64,000 nt of DNA from Owenia fusiformis (GCA_903813345.2 CAIIXF020000001.1:38254001-38318000); one strand, 5' to 3'. Shown: positions 47,155 through 61,404, numbered from the stretch's first letter. Made by a program: numbers and translations. The notes: generated by a model not told the origin, from the sequence alone.

Positions 47155-50100
47155 ATGTCTTTAGATTATCAGAGGGCCACATATATTCCTGTCAGACCAG
47201 ATTCAAAGCTCAACAAGTAAGTATAGAAGCAGTTATAGCAAATAAAACAAAGATAAAGTGATCCCATGGCGTAATAATGTCATGTGGAATAGTAATGTCG
47301 GTAGACCCTACGGTTGGTTCGGTTTATTCTGTAATCTACATTGTTTTAAGTCAAAGTACGTTTCTTCTAATTTGTATACCACAACAATGTTTTGATTGAT
47401 CCATACAATTGTGTTATCTGGTACGGTGAATTTTATGTTATGGACAACCATAGGATATACTATCTGTGTTATATAAGATATAGCTTTAGAAATATGGATA
47501 TGATATATTATTGCAGGACTACTTATGATTTGATGAACAGGTGGAGACGCGATATATCGGGAGAGAGCTCGGCAAATAATAATATAGACTCGGAGGATCG
47601 GAAACAGGCTTTGGGACAAATTGTATCGAAACTCAGATCCCAAAGGCGACCCATTCCACCTGTGTTGGTTGACAGACAAGAAACAAATAAATCCTCAACA
47701 TCCAGGAATCACCACCTTGAAGCCATGGAATTATTCGATGAGATGGGACGACCTAAGCCAAATGTAGTAATGACTCAAACAGGACCAATTGATCTACTCT
47801 CACATTACAAAGATTCAAAATGGCCACCATATGCATCAATGGTGGATAGGAGACCATCCGTAAGTATCTGATTTTTATGCGAACTGTTCAAGTAAATGTC
47901 GTTTGATTAATGACAAATACTTATAAAATATTCGGCCATTGGTTTCCACGATTTGAAATATTCGGTTACTGCCTTGCTATGATCAACAGTGGAATTGGAA
48001 ATTATGCATTATTCATAGAAACGGCATGGGTGTAGCCAGGACCCAAAATTAGGCATGACTTTGAATCCAAGAGGCAATTTGAATAAAATACTTTATTCTT
48101 AATAGTTTCAAATGAAAAATGCTTAAATTAATATTTCTCTTTGGTGAGGCAACTGATCCGCCTGCTTCATGCTTTGCTACGCCTTCATACCATACCCAAA
48201 GTCGGTATGCAGTTGATTTGGGGCTAACCCAAATCATGATCTATACTAGATGTAAACTAATGATTTGGGCTTGCCCCAAAGTCATAACTGCATACTAACT
48301 GTGACCATACCAGATATTGAATTGTACACGAACCATACACGTCTCTTCCCTCGATCAGCAACCTTGGACAGATGTTGTGATTAATTGATTTATTATAAAA
48401 TAATCAATTAACAAGTAATTAATTACATTTTAGATTGACACTGACCAACCCCATCTTCAGTACCACAAATCAGGAGGTTACGATGACTTCCACAAAGCAT
48501 ATATGTCCCTGGAAAAAGCAGGATTTAAGAAAGGCATGCCTTTACCTCCAAAGTAGGTTTTTTCTTTCACACCTCAATATAAATATTTTTACATGAAATA
48601 AATGTATACCATCTTAAAATTAACACTCTTGCTGCTTGTGAATTAAATGTTTCTCCATTTAAGAAAAACTGGTTAAGCCCGAGAAATTATGCGTAGTGAT
48701 GATGATCACAGTCGTGTTTAACCGCGCATACCAATATGACACTCATCACATTTTTCTGTCTTCAACTAGAAATCCAGTGTGTGCTAATAGAAGGCCATGC
48801 TTTCTCATGATGGTGCGTACAATTAACCCCAAATGCTTTATTCTACGTATCCTCCGAACGCAGGGCATCAGACGTCATACATCCTGTCCCAGAAGAATGA
48901 AGGAATCTGAAAAATTATGAATGTTTTATGGTGGTAACTTATACAACATCGCTTTCAAAAAAAGTGTTTTCAATATTCTTCAGGCTACGACATGGACGGG
49001 GTGGAAGTACATGGAGAAATGTGAAAGAAGTGCTACAGGCAGAGGGAAAACGTATAGTGTTTGTTGATGGTAAGTGTGTATATGGACGCAATTTTACTGT
49101 GTAGACGAACGTTAAACGAGTTTCTATCTAAAAAGACCAATGGGCGTTGATTGGATGTGATAGAGTGGTAGATATAAAAAGGAAGTTTTCTTCTCTAAAG
49201 CCCCGTTGGCGTGAGCGCCCATTGGGCGAAGCATTTGAGAAAGTAATTATTTTGCACGGATATTGCCTAAACAACAACCGAGCACGTTAAATAGGGACGT
49301 CTCATTACGATGTATTATCCTATGCCAAGTAGAGTTTTAGGGAGATAAGTTGGTAAGATATATCCCGTATTGAGGTTTCCATATCCTGAACCTCCATATC
49401 TCCCGCCATATCTCCCGCTCCAGCGCATATCTTCCCAATTCGAAAAAAAATTTAACTTTTTTTAAATTGAAAAAAAAGAAAAAATGTGAAAAAAATTTTT
49501 AAAAATTTAAATTTGAAAAAAATTGAAAAAATTGAAAAAAATTAGAAAAATGTGAAAAAAAATTGAAAAAATCGAAAGGAAATTAGAAAACTCTACTTGG
49601 TATAGGATAAAGCAGTTATGTACGGTCGGTTTGGATATGGGGTTCATCCCTCGTGAGATATGCACATCTACCTTCGGTCCCTACGGTCCCTCAGGTAGAT
49701 ATGCATATCTCCCTCTGGATAAACCCCATATCCAAAACCTCCCAGTACATAACCCTTATTTATCCTCGGGTGCAAATATTTCGATATTCTCTCTTCTCAA
49801 TTAACACCTACCGCCTTGGAAAGCAATAATTCCCTCTTAACAAAGTCCCATTGGCGTCCTTTTCGAGGGCTTTCAGCTGAACACCCTTGCGAAATAAACG
49901 CCAAGTGGGCATATTTTCGAGAAACTCTGGCAGTGATACAATGTATTCTAGTCTGTAAAATAGCATTGAACAGTAATGAGAGCTGGTTTGACTTTGTAAT
50001 ACATGATCATACATTTTGCATTTCTGTATTTAAGGCCAAATCAGTATAGACGATACTTGGAATAAAGAAAAACTACAGGATATCCCTAAAGCCCCCTTCC

Positions 50101-50610
50101 AGATGAGAGAACCAAGTAAACCCACCTATAGTCATAATAAGCAAACATTCCCACAAATAAACCAAAAGTTTACCACATACACTAGTAACAAACAACATCA
50201 AAAGTACCCACCAGAGCATCAATTTATGTACATTGGCAAAAAGGCAAAAGTAGGACACAAATCACCTGGTAAGATATCTTACAATGTGAACCATATATCT
50301 CTATACGTATTACACATATAAATGTAAATGAATCCAAGAATCTTTTAAGTGCAACAGATACTATAATCGAAAATAAAATAGAATTGAAGTAAGAAACCAT
50401 AGTGCTCTTAAAGGCATTCTGTTAATTAAGATAAAAGAGATTATCATCCCATTGGTATCAAACGACTAGGGAAAAGAGAATATGTTATTGGTTATCTTGT
50501 AGATGTAGTTGTTCTATTGCTTGAGTTACATATTTTCTTTTTCAGTGTCATCATACAAATTGGCTGCCTTCAAAGGGACAGAAAATGCTAACTGGTGGTT
50601 AATGAGATGA
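47155..50610 (+). CDS. Spliced host gene, uncharacterised ~302-aa protein (6 coding exons)
   Basis: Exons 47155-47216, 47517-47859, 48434-48552, 48984-49069, 50035-50268 and 50546-50610 all have GT-AG boundaries and compatible phases. They give 909 nt open from MSLDYQRATY... to ...ANWWLMR*. Confidence 0.8.
49316..49755. mobile_element. TSD-less hairpin element (same architecture as 20197-20632)
   Basis: TTATCCTATGCCAAGTAGAGTTTT is inverted with AAAACTCTACTTGGTATAGGATAA, followed by a ~140-bp hairpin with loop GGTCCCTACGGTCCC. Confidence 0.6.
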
Positions 50611-51188
50611 ATGGACATTGAATTGTATATATCAACAACTTACATAAGTGCAGCTGTGCAGCTTTGCGAACTTCATAAAATGGCTGTTACAAAAAACCAC
50701 TTCCTGCCTACTTAACCAAAAGTATTGTACGGATTTGCATGACCTATTTATACAGAGTTGTGTTTGAGGTGTTAGCAATGTAAAGTAAACATTAAGTAAG
50801 AAATCTTGCCATTAGTCTCTGTCTTGAAAGAAAGTACCTCTCCACGTGAGTCATATTTCCATATATTTGATTTGGATTTGGATTATTAATACTTTATAAT
50901 AAATATCATTTATTTGTAAAAAATCTAATTTGTAATCTAATGTGATGTTCCAGACAAATTCAATTTTACTTTCAGACTTGTTACGTATTCTGTTGATAAA
51001 GACCCTCTCATATAGAACTGAGGAACACTTAAAAACACAAAATAATTAATTCATATCGCATATAAACATAATTAATGTATGAGGTAAATATATTTTATAA
51101 AAATATTACTTTGTTTAAATATAGGTCAATAAATAAATTACGTCACTTGGGCACTAAGTTGTTATTAACAATTATGATTTTGGCGAAT

Positions 51189-54100
51189 TTATTCTGAGAC
51201 ATTTTCTTCATTTTGATTCGAAACAATTTGAGTTTGTAATATGCTTGTATCGTTGGCATCATTATTATGGGTGCTAGAAGGATGTTCTGATAATGTCATA
51301 GTCAATCTGCTATTTCTTTTTCTAATCCTCGCTTGTCTTGCCGATGCAATACTCAATGGACTAGATGGTGTCTTTCTATCCGGAGTTCTTGGAGTTGTCG
51401 AGACGCTTCTCTCAGTAGATGAATTACTCCGCACTGATAGTCTGTCATTGCTAACCATTAGTCTGTTACGCGAATGATAACCTGTAACTTAAAAAAGACA
51501 AAACTGTTTTTCTAGGAATCTAACGTTCGACATTGATTTACAGGTGAAATTTGGGAAATTCGTTTACAAGCATAGACTGTGAAGAAAGGAGAATACGTTA
51601 CCATTTGTATCTTCCTCATCGAAGGTGAAGTGTTTGGTCAGTCGTAGGGATCGCGGTGTGCTTCTCACAGAACTATTGGGCGACTAAATAAAAATATTAA
51701 GACTATAGGTTTATGCTGTATAACATATTATTTGTATCATTTATGAATAAATTGCATGTCGCGAAGTTTCCGAAGGTTTCTCTTTTAATGAGACGATCAA
51801 GTCCTGTGTCTTGAGTGTTGGATTCTCCTGTTCAACAATAAACCTACCGAACTTCCACTTCTGAAGTTAAGTGGCATTGGCCTATGTATTTTCTCTATGA
51901 GATCACCTTCAGCCTGGCTTTTCTTCATCAACAACTTTCCTCGCAACCACATCTGTCTTGGTTTTGGGAGACCATCCTTATAGATAAAATATCAAACATA
52001 TCATTTTGAAAGTACATGTAACAAAAATTCCTTGAGCGATTTCACACATATATAATCATTTACATCCAACACGAATTCGAAGGTGTATTCTTCAATTCAC
52101 GAAATTCGAAGTAATATTCTTCAATTCACGAATTTTGGGCCCAAACATTTTGTAGGGCCTCAATTAGTGGGCCTTTTTGGGCACCGCTAGCCATCTGTTT
52201 GGGGGAGTGTCACAAGTAAATGATACTCAGTTACCTGAAGAATAAAAGTGAAACCGGTAGTGACTGAATTACTTCTTCTGTTATTTTCTGTTTTTATAAT
52301 CAGTTTTTATATATTATATATGTATAGTTATTTATCCCATACTTAGACGTGTTACGGGTACATAAAGCCGGTTTGTAGATATAGTATATCTAACCGCTAC
52401 GTCATAATCGCTGTTCCCGTATCCAAGGAGGATTGGCTCCCAGAATGCAACACCGATATTCTGCAAAACAATCACCTAGCGATAGCTTTGTTGGAGAGTA
52501 TCGGGTCATTCTCCATGCAGTCGTACAAATTATACAGACACGAATAGCAAATGACGCATGCGTGGAGATTAAAGAATATCGAGTTGGAACCCTGGCTTCC
52601 AATCCTCCTTGTCCCGTATCAATGGTTATTTTTTGTAACGTTCGCATACTGTAAACGACAATGGAGAAAAACGCAAACAATCGCGATCTGTTTGATGCTT
52701 TAAGGAAGGGAAGGAGCAGTATGCCCCGTTAATAATCAAATATTTGAACAGGAAAATCCGGCTACGGACAAGAATAAAAAACTGGACATGAACAGTTTAA
52801 AATAATTCCACGATTGGTTGCAACAATTGAACAATGTGATTGGTATGGGATAAACATCATCCTATAGTCGGTTCAGGATATTGGGATTATCCCTTGGCCA
52901 ATATAATATATCTTCCCTCGGGACCTACGGCCCTCGGGCAGATATATTATATTGGCCTCGGGATAATCCCAATATCCTGAACCTCATATAGGATAATCTC
53001 TATATATGTTTTTTGTGAATTATTCTCCCATTTTTCTCCAATTTCCAGGTCAGTTTCAGTACTTTACCAAGTAGTTGCTAATCACGCTCATCGCTTCATA
53101 TCGTACCCTATTATTGGTTGAATTAGCCATTCTTTCTTGTTCCGCTTTAAGTTTGGACATGAAGTTTTCCTGACCCTTCCTAAGATGTCTCAATGCTTTA
53201 ACATCCTGTTTTTCCTTTTGCAGCTTCAGTTGCCTACGCAGGAATTCGCTCCTAAACTTGTTGTAAGACATACTTATAAAAGCAGTTTCTTTGGCATCGT
53301 GAATGCTGGTATGGTACCTAAAGTAAAAAGGGAGAACAATTAAAAAGCGATGCCAATAAATATAGAAATACAGATCAACTTTTTCAAAAAATGTCTGAAA
53401 CGTCAAAGACAATTTGTTAAAAGTGCTTTGTATAATGGAAAACTACCCTGCGTTCAGAGTCTAGTTAAACTACAAGACGAAGCTCTCTTTTAAGAAGTGA
53501 ATTCAAACGAATGCGAATGCAAAGGGTAATTGAAAACACGATCAAACTTTACAATGGTCAATATGATATTTAGAATGTAAAAAAACTGAGGTAGCATTTG
53601 TGAATTCAACTGCCGGCTGACGGTTCAACCTACATTTTATGGCCACCACATTTTAATATAAATTGAATAGTGACAGGTTTTATTCATACTCAAGTTGCCC
53701 TCAGAATAGTATCAATCCGGGAGCCGACAGCCGAAAGCTGCATTTGCGAACACAAGCTTAGCTTAGAATACATGGCATGTACTATTCATATTTAAATGAA
53801 CGGATATCCATGCATACGATAGCAGAGATATTTGGGAGTGACAAGAGGGGAACATATAACTGAAAGCTAAGCTGACGTTATGTAAAAATAGCATTGTTCT
53901 TACGTTTCATCTTCTTGAATGGTATTCCGCCTGCTTTGGACTTGCTTAGCGTATGACCGTGCCTCCATATCTGCCCGCTTCACCAGCTCATTTGACTCAA
54001 GGGATAGTTCTATTTTACCACCTGGTTGTGACTGGATTGATAAGATCATTCATATGATACATGGTTATTAACTATGAAATTAACTTAATATTTTGACTGA

Positions 54101-57100
54101 GTTAAAGGATTTCAAGAAGGGATACAGCCTTTTTGATATTTTGAAAGCAATCTTTTCTAAAGGTATGCCTTTTTTCCTTACAACAAGCATAGTTTTATTT
54201 TTTGAACAAAAGAAGGAAGACATTAAACCAAATCTTGACGTTTTTAGCTGCAAAATACTTGTTAAAATTTATCTCCTCTTTCAAAACTATTGTCGGACAA
54301 CGATGTAGGAAGGATAACCTATCGAAGTTCAAGGTTGTCCGACAATAGTTTTGAAAGAGGAGAATTTGAACCTTTATGCATTTTAATAATACAAGTGATT
54401 TGGAAGTTAGTATCCAAGACATCTTTGATTGGCATGAACTTTATAATGTCAATGCTAGTCCAGGAAATGCAATAGTATGCCTCACCACTTCGTCAGGTCC
54501 ATCTGTGGATGCTTCTGAAGCGTAAAACCAGCCTGCCTTGGACTTATTTGCAAGCACCTTGTTCCGTTGGTTAGTGAAAGTTAGATCTCTAGATTCTACT
54601 TTCTTTTTTATAGGGAACTCATTCCTTACAACAATGTGCTCCTTAAATGTAAAATGACAAAATAAAATTGTAAATTTTAGACATATTTTACATGTACTCA
54701 TAATCAGTACCCCTCTTATAGTACTGAAATAAGTGTTATTGTTTTAACCGTTATATGTCTCTGTTTTAACTACAGGGTGTTCAAAAAAATGCAACCCAAA
54801 GAAATCGCTATATCTTAGAAAATACTACTCCAATTATGTTCATATTTTCAGGAAAGAAAGATGAGACTGTGTATGTATAGCCCCTGTTGTTATTTAGTTG
54901 TAAAACATGATATCTTGGACACTTGCTCAAAACACAGTTGTACTAGCAAAATACGAAAAACGTGAATGGAAAATCACTATATCTTGGAAAATACTAATTC
55001 AATTATGTTCATTTTTTCAGAAAAAGAAAGAAGAGACTGTGTATGTAAAGCTCCTGTGGTCAGTAAGTTGTAAAACATGATGCCTTGGACACCTGCTCAA
55101 ATGACAGTTGTACTAGGAAAATATGAAAACGCAGTCAGAGGTGACTGCCACAGCAATAAAACCAAATTAACTTTCTAACCATGGTGTTTTTGCACTTCAG
55201 ATTTGGCAAAAATTATCCTCATTCAATGTGTGGTGCATTTGTGGAGTTTCATCAAAATCACTCCAGGGACTTTACAGTCATGGTCAAAATGGCTTCTTAG
55301 GTCTCCCCGAATCAGGACGTTTGACTGCGATTTGAAAGCATTTCAACCATAACTGTAAAGTCCCTGAAGTGATTTTGATTTCACTCTACAGATTATCCAT
55401 ACAGTGAACGAAGATGATTTGTGCCAAATTTTAAGAGCCAAAACACTATGGTTAGGAAGTTATTTAATTTTTTTGCGGTTGCAGTCACCCCTGACTGCGT
55501 TTTTCGTATTTTCCTAGTACAACTGTTTTTTGAGCAGGTGTCCAAGGCATCATGTTTTACAGCTAACCATTTACAGGAGCTGTTCTTACACAGTTTCTTC
55601 TTTATTTCCTGAAAATATGAACATAATTGAACTAGTATTTTTCAAGATATAGCGATTTCTTCGGGTTGCGTTTTTTTGAACACCCTGTATGTTTCTCATT
55701 TATAGCATGACTATTTGTATGTTGCCAGCTTAACAAACGAAAATGTCATATTTCAAAGGGGTTATATAACTTGTATTGGTGTGTTTGTGTACCTACAGTG
55801 TTTACCTTCATTAATGAATTCATCATCTTAACCAAGTTTGGGTTGGACCTGATAGCTCTAGCAACCTTTTGTGCTTCATCAAGTTCGTGGCTATTGTTCT
55901 CATCTGTATTGCACAACTCTAGGTAGGATGTAAATACAAGTTTAGACTCGACGAATTTTCAACTAGGAAAATAATGGCCGATATTTTTGGTAACTATTGA
56001 ACGTGGCCATAGATTTAGATGTTTTACATAGATTCCTGTTCCACCGAAGTAGTTAGCAAAGAACTGCTATCAACAAGGCAAATACATTATGTAACAATTC
56101 TCTATGTTAATTAGGGTCAAAAGTGTAGTCTTCCTACATGTTAGCAAAGTGTTACTTCACACACATAGTGTTATCATCAATAACGGTCACATACCTTTAA
56201 AGCGTACTTGCTTATCTTTTTTCTTCCCGACTGCAGATTTTGCCCTATTGCTCATCCCAAATGGCTTACTTACTACCCGGCAAGGGCTAGTTCGTGGACG
56301 CAATGATTCATTATTGAGGAACTTGAACATGTTTTCTTGATATGCTTCTCTAGAGCAGTATGAGTAAAATGAAAAAAACACACTTAAATATGTCATTAAC
56401 TTTGCTAATTTTTTATACGATCGATTTAAAATGTTTGTAAAATTCGTTTGGAAACAACTATATTTTATTTTCATTCTTGCATTCTTTCATTTAATTTTGT
56501 TTATTGACTTTTTATGGCTTATGTAGACCTAAGACCCGAGTCTCAGGTAAGCTTTCCATTTGCTAAGTTTATGGAGCGTAATGTATTCTATTCTATTGGC
56601 TTACTTTTCATCAACTGGGCGCATGTTTATCGAACTGACGGGTTCTGCGGATTTGTTCTTTCCCAAAAGTATTTTCCGGATGCGTATTTTCTTTTGCATA
56701 TCCCATACGGCATGGCCATAGCCATAATTAGCTAAAGTTTCCATTGTTGGATATATATTCCGGTTTTTGTGAATCAATTCCAAGGCGTGTTCCCTGCCAA
56801 GTTTTTGAAACTCTGTCCTAATGATGAAGAATAAAATACAAAGGTAAATATTAAACTTATTCGACTTATCAAAACATTCATTATAAACATTCATCGTTTT
56901 TGAGTGGTGCTATCATTGCTATTTTTGATATGGTATGTATGGTATGTATGATATGGTATTTTTCTAAGGATTTCAGGGCAATGAGGAATGACCATTCCTT
57001 GAAGGTATTGCTTTCCGAAATTCGCACGAGGTGCGGAGCATTTAGGAAACAATGCCTGGAAAGAATGGTCATTACACAATACATGGAGTCTTGGGCTTAA

Positions 57101-60100
57101 ATTCTATTCACACATTGCAAAATAGTTTCTACAAAATCATCTTAAAGATACAAAAATCGTTGTTGAGTGGTATTATCATCACTATTTTGATATATTAGGC
57201 CTAGTTTTTTACTTATAACACAAGCACACCTGTGAAGTTTGAAGCAAGTAAGTGGCGTCTGGCTGAGGTGACTGCAAATGCTTTTGCAATCCTTTTCCAA
57301 CAAACATTCTTCGCCAAAGAAATCACCTAAAATCGATGCGATGTAATTCAATAGTAAATGATTTGCTTTCTGACTAAAATGGTGGAATTGTTGCAAATAA
57401 ATATCTTGTAACCTAGAGAACGGAGTCTTCGGGCGTTCGTTGGCTCATTTTGTTATTAAATTATTTTTGCAATTACCTTCTTTCAATTGCTGAAGATTCA
57501 ATATGCAGTCTTTGCCTATCTCTGGTACTTCTACAGTACTATAACACTGAGTTGTTCCTACAAACAAAGAGACTTAATCACATACACTCTTAAAAAATAT
57601 TACTTGGATTTCCTTATATTGAGAACTTGTACTACTCATTTTAAGTAAAAAATTACTTAAATAATCTTGAACTACTGAATAATTTTTAAGTAATTCAAAG
57701 TAATTACAAGTAATTATAAGTAATTTAAAACAATGATATATATATTAATTAAAAAAATCAAAATGACTTCACAGGCACTCTGAATTTATGGTGAATTTAC
57801 TAATGCAAGGAGAGAAATTGAAATACTTACTGTAGTAATTGTAATACTCATTTACATAATTAAGCAATTAAAAAACTCAAAATGACAATATAAGTAAAAC
57901 CTAAGTAAAATGAAGTAAAACTAAGTATTTAACTTTAAGTAATTTTTATACTTGGGAAATACTTAAGTAATTCATTTTTTAGAGTGTATTCTTTCTCTTT
58001 ACCAATTTTTCACCAATACCATCAGAGAAACCTGAGACTAACATGAGATTACATGCACATTTATTTTGATTCACAAATGACGATTATAAAACTATGATAC
58101 TTACACAGCATGTTCATTAATTTTTACATTATATCAATTGAGGTGACCATAGGCCTAGAAACATGGCAATTTGGCGTATTTGGCAGGATTTTAAGAATCT
58201 GATGTAAGAAAAGTCAAAGGACCTAAAGATGAATACATATGTTAATGGCAATGAATTCAACCAATTTCTGGATAGGGTTCGATGTGTAGAAAATAGAGGT
58301 GCATGGAAAAATGGTGAAAACCTTTTTGTTTCAAGTTGAATGCGAAAAAGATTAACTTCTTGACGTATTTCTGAGGTCATATCCTTCTCATTTTGACGTA
58401 ATGAAAGCTGCTAAAGGAGGGTACAGTAACTAAAAAGGACATCACGAAAATATAGGTGAATTTCATCCAAAATACTTGACAGTTGATGAGTTAACATAAC
58501 GTTGGGTGATCTTTCCAATGGTATATCACACTAGTTACCATCTACTAAGGTTTTAGCTGTAGCAGGGGGGACGGGACTTACTTGACACCCTGTATAATCA
58601 GCATGTCTTTCATTTTGAATGTTGTAGAATTTATGATAATTATAGCTTGTGATGTCATGATTTCGATGTCAAATATGTCAAACTTTATCAGGAATAATAG
58701 CCCTCAATCTATAAAACGTCCATACTTTACATAATTATTCATGCTATCCTTAGACTTTAGCTACCATCCATAAGTTATTTTATTCTCAATTTGATGTTAA
58801 ACAAGTTTATCTGGCACTGAAACCCTGATTTTCGGATTTTTCCAGAATTTTTAATAATATGATGGTGAGATATGATTAAAATGATGATTGTTTCGTGAAA
58901 GAAAATAAATTTTATATAAAATGGTAGACATTCAAAATTATTTACAATTTCAATAGGCATGCGCCACATTTCTTGCGTCAAGAGAAAAGTAACGAAATAC
59001 GAATCATTTTAATCTGATACATCCACATATATTAAAACTTTATATTGATTTATTGTCATGACATTTGGTTCATAAATTCTCCTTCAAATAGAAGATATGC
59101 GAGTGCCCCATTTTTATTTGCCCACCCTGTAGTATAGAAATAAAGTGCCAATCTTCTGTTTGGGCAAAGTAAACAAGATCCAGCATGGGTATATATCTTT
59201 AATGAAATGACTAAAAGTGGTACCTGATACCAAGAAGAAGACGTACTCACACAGGTCACCCTGCTCCAACACCAGCTTATTGGGAGGAAATACCTGAATG
59301 TAAAAGGTTTAGAGGTTATTTCAGATATTAGTATATACATTTACATGACAAACGCCATGAGAAATACATGAAGACAATTTGATACTATTAATTTTCAAAT
59401 TGCAATTACCTTCCGTTGCATCCCTGGAATGAGTTTTTCCTTTTCTTCTTTGGACAATGTGTTCAAAATGGTATTGTGACGATTTAGAAAAAATATCTTG
59501 TCTTTGCATAGTTCTTCATTAATTTTCTCAATGGCGTCGTGGAATCTCTTCCTACAATCAATTTATTTTTAAGATTAAGCAAAGGACACTGAATTGAACG
59601 CATGTTTCTCTTAAACCAGTCATCAAAAAATTCTGAAAATTTTACACTTATAAATCCTCTTTTGAATGAAAAAATATATATACTAGTATATCATAAAAGA
59701 ATCAAAAATGAAGGCAGAGAAAGTATTCCACATCTTCAGGGAATGAAGTATCTAGTACATATATGAATACGAGGGTATATCATAAAGTTCTCATAATATC
59801 TCTCTAACTTTTTTATTTTTCAATATATTCTAATGAAATTTTCATGAAATCTGCAGTATAGAACACTCTATTAATCTATCAAAAAATATTTGGTATTACA
59901 GAAATATTAGATAAGTAATGGTTACCATAGTAACCGGAAATCAAGGCACCCGGGGCAAATAAAAATAATTGAGAAAATGAGCTTAATTAACCATGTTTAC
60001 ATACATAATAAACTCTTATAAATTATCAAACACATTAAAATGTTATCTTGAATATGTTGTTAAATGCTTTTACTATAAAATAAATTGATCATGTGAATTG

Positions 60101-61404
60101 TGTGATGTCATAGGGGATGCTTACATGCTTCATTAGATGTGATACCAGACTCTGAGAATCAAAGCTAATGATCAGAGATGACTGAATAAGATCATGCATA
60201 GATGCAAAGATCATCAGAAAAATAAAATTCATACCTACAAAAAGTCTAGATAAGCTCAAAAAGTCCTTTTGCTTATACTAAAGATTATCTAAAACAAATA
60301 TGTTGCAAAGATATCAAAACAGTCAAGAACACATGATATTTAACAATTTAATGTGTTTCATGGCTTATTTGATAACTTATTATGCATTTAAACATGGTTA
60401 GTTGGGGCTATTCTTGCACAATTTTTATTTGCCCCGGGTGCCTTGATTTCCGGTTACTATGGCAACCATTTCTTAAATGATATTTCCGTTATACCAAATA
60501 TTTATTGATATATTAATACAGCATTCTATACTACACATTCTGTGAAAAATTCATCAGAATATATTGAAAAATAAAAAATAAGAGAGATATTGTGAGAACT
60601 TTATGATATACTCTCGTATCTTATATTGTTTTAGAAAACACATCAAGACACTTCTTATGTTCTCGGTATCATATGTTCGGAATGAAATGAACATCTATCC
60701 GAACCTCATTGGAACAAAATGACATATGCACAACGTGTTAAGGTCTCTCAATATTGTAACTGTACAAAGGAAAGTTTGGTTCATTTAAAAAAAAGTATCT
60801 TGGTAATGAAAATAAAAGGTTGACTTTAATTTTCATCTATTTTTGGGGTTTTTGTTTGAATTTCTTGTAACATGAACCAAACTCCTTTGTCTTACTATAA
60901 TATTGAGAGGTCTAAGAAAATGTTGTATGTGCTATTTTGTTCGAACAAAGTTCGGAAAGATCTTTAATTCATTTTCAAGAATTGGTAGAAACAATTGCAC
61001 TAAAAAACAAAAATTGTTCACAAAAACAATAATATAAATCATTTTTGCATCAAATTGTCAATCAGTGACTATTATATAAAGGACCAATAGATCGATACCG
61101 ATCCTTTGTTGAAAAATTATTAACAAAATACTAGTACAGTTTGAAATGCTTAGAATGCACAGTATATAATGTAATTTTTTTTGAGACTCGCTTCGCTCGC
61201 AGTGATGCAAACCTCAAATATCGCACCCCTTGACAATTGCTGGATACGCCCCTGATATTAATACTATATGGTTCGTGTATCTATCTTGCTATACGGACCT
61301 ATCTATCCTGAGGAATTCGCAATCCTCTTTTGTATAGATCGTAGCTGGCGGGGAGTGATCGTGTCGTCCCAACAAATCTGGTTGCACCAAGCCCAAATAT
61401 TCAC
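51189..61404 (-). CDS. Spliced host gene: cyclic-nucleotide-binding-domain (CNBD) protein, 5' end not found (>=14 exons, >=670 aa)
   Basis: Phase-compatible GT-AG exons 61404-61299, 59551-59410, 59293-59224, 57557-57477, 57326-57230, 56817-56605, 56349-56195, 55918-55806, 54641-54486, 54031-53904, 53317-53068, 51976-51848, 51683-51602 and 51481-51189. CNBD motifs VFPPNKLVLEQGDLCEYVFFLVSG, GDFFGE and ATIYTKEDCEFLRIDR. Confidence 0.85.
52858..52997. repeat. Long hairpin, probably the end of a TSD-less element
   Basis: ATCCTATA..GGTTCAGGATATTGGGATTATCCC...GGGATAATCCCAATATCCTGAACC..TATAGGAT with loop GGGACCTACGGCCC. Confidence 0.75.
54773..55687. mobile_element. Tc1/mariner-type foldback MITE (intronic)
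   Basis: TA|CAGGGTGTTCAAAAAAA...TTTTTTTGAACACCCTG|TA with long inverted arms. Confidence 0.85.
57585..57986. mobile_element. CAC-ended MITE with TA TSD (EnSpm/CACTA-like, tentative)
   Basis: TA|CACTCTTAAAAAAT...ATTTTTTAGAGTG|TA with internal AAGTAA repeats. Confidence 0.7.
59770..60616. mobile_element. mariner-type foldback MITE (intronic)
   Basis: TA|CGAGGGTATATCATAAAGTTCTCA...TGAGAACTTTATGATATACTCTCG|TA with ~270-bp arms. Confidence 0.85.

Noticed and set aside
52345..52680. Extra exon of the CNBD gene
   Set aside because: The flanking exons (53068 and 51976) already join in phase 0; the segment lies beside a hairpin element.
58129..58380. 83-aa minus-strand ORF as a CNBD exon
   Set aside because: It would interrupt a CNB domain that reads continuously across exons 59224 and 57557.
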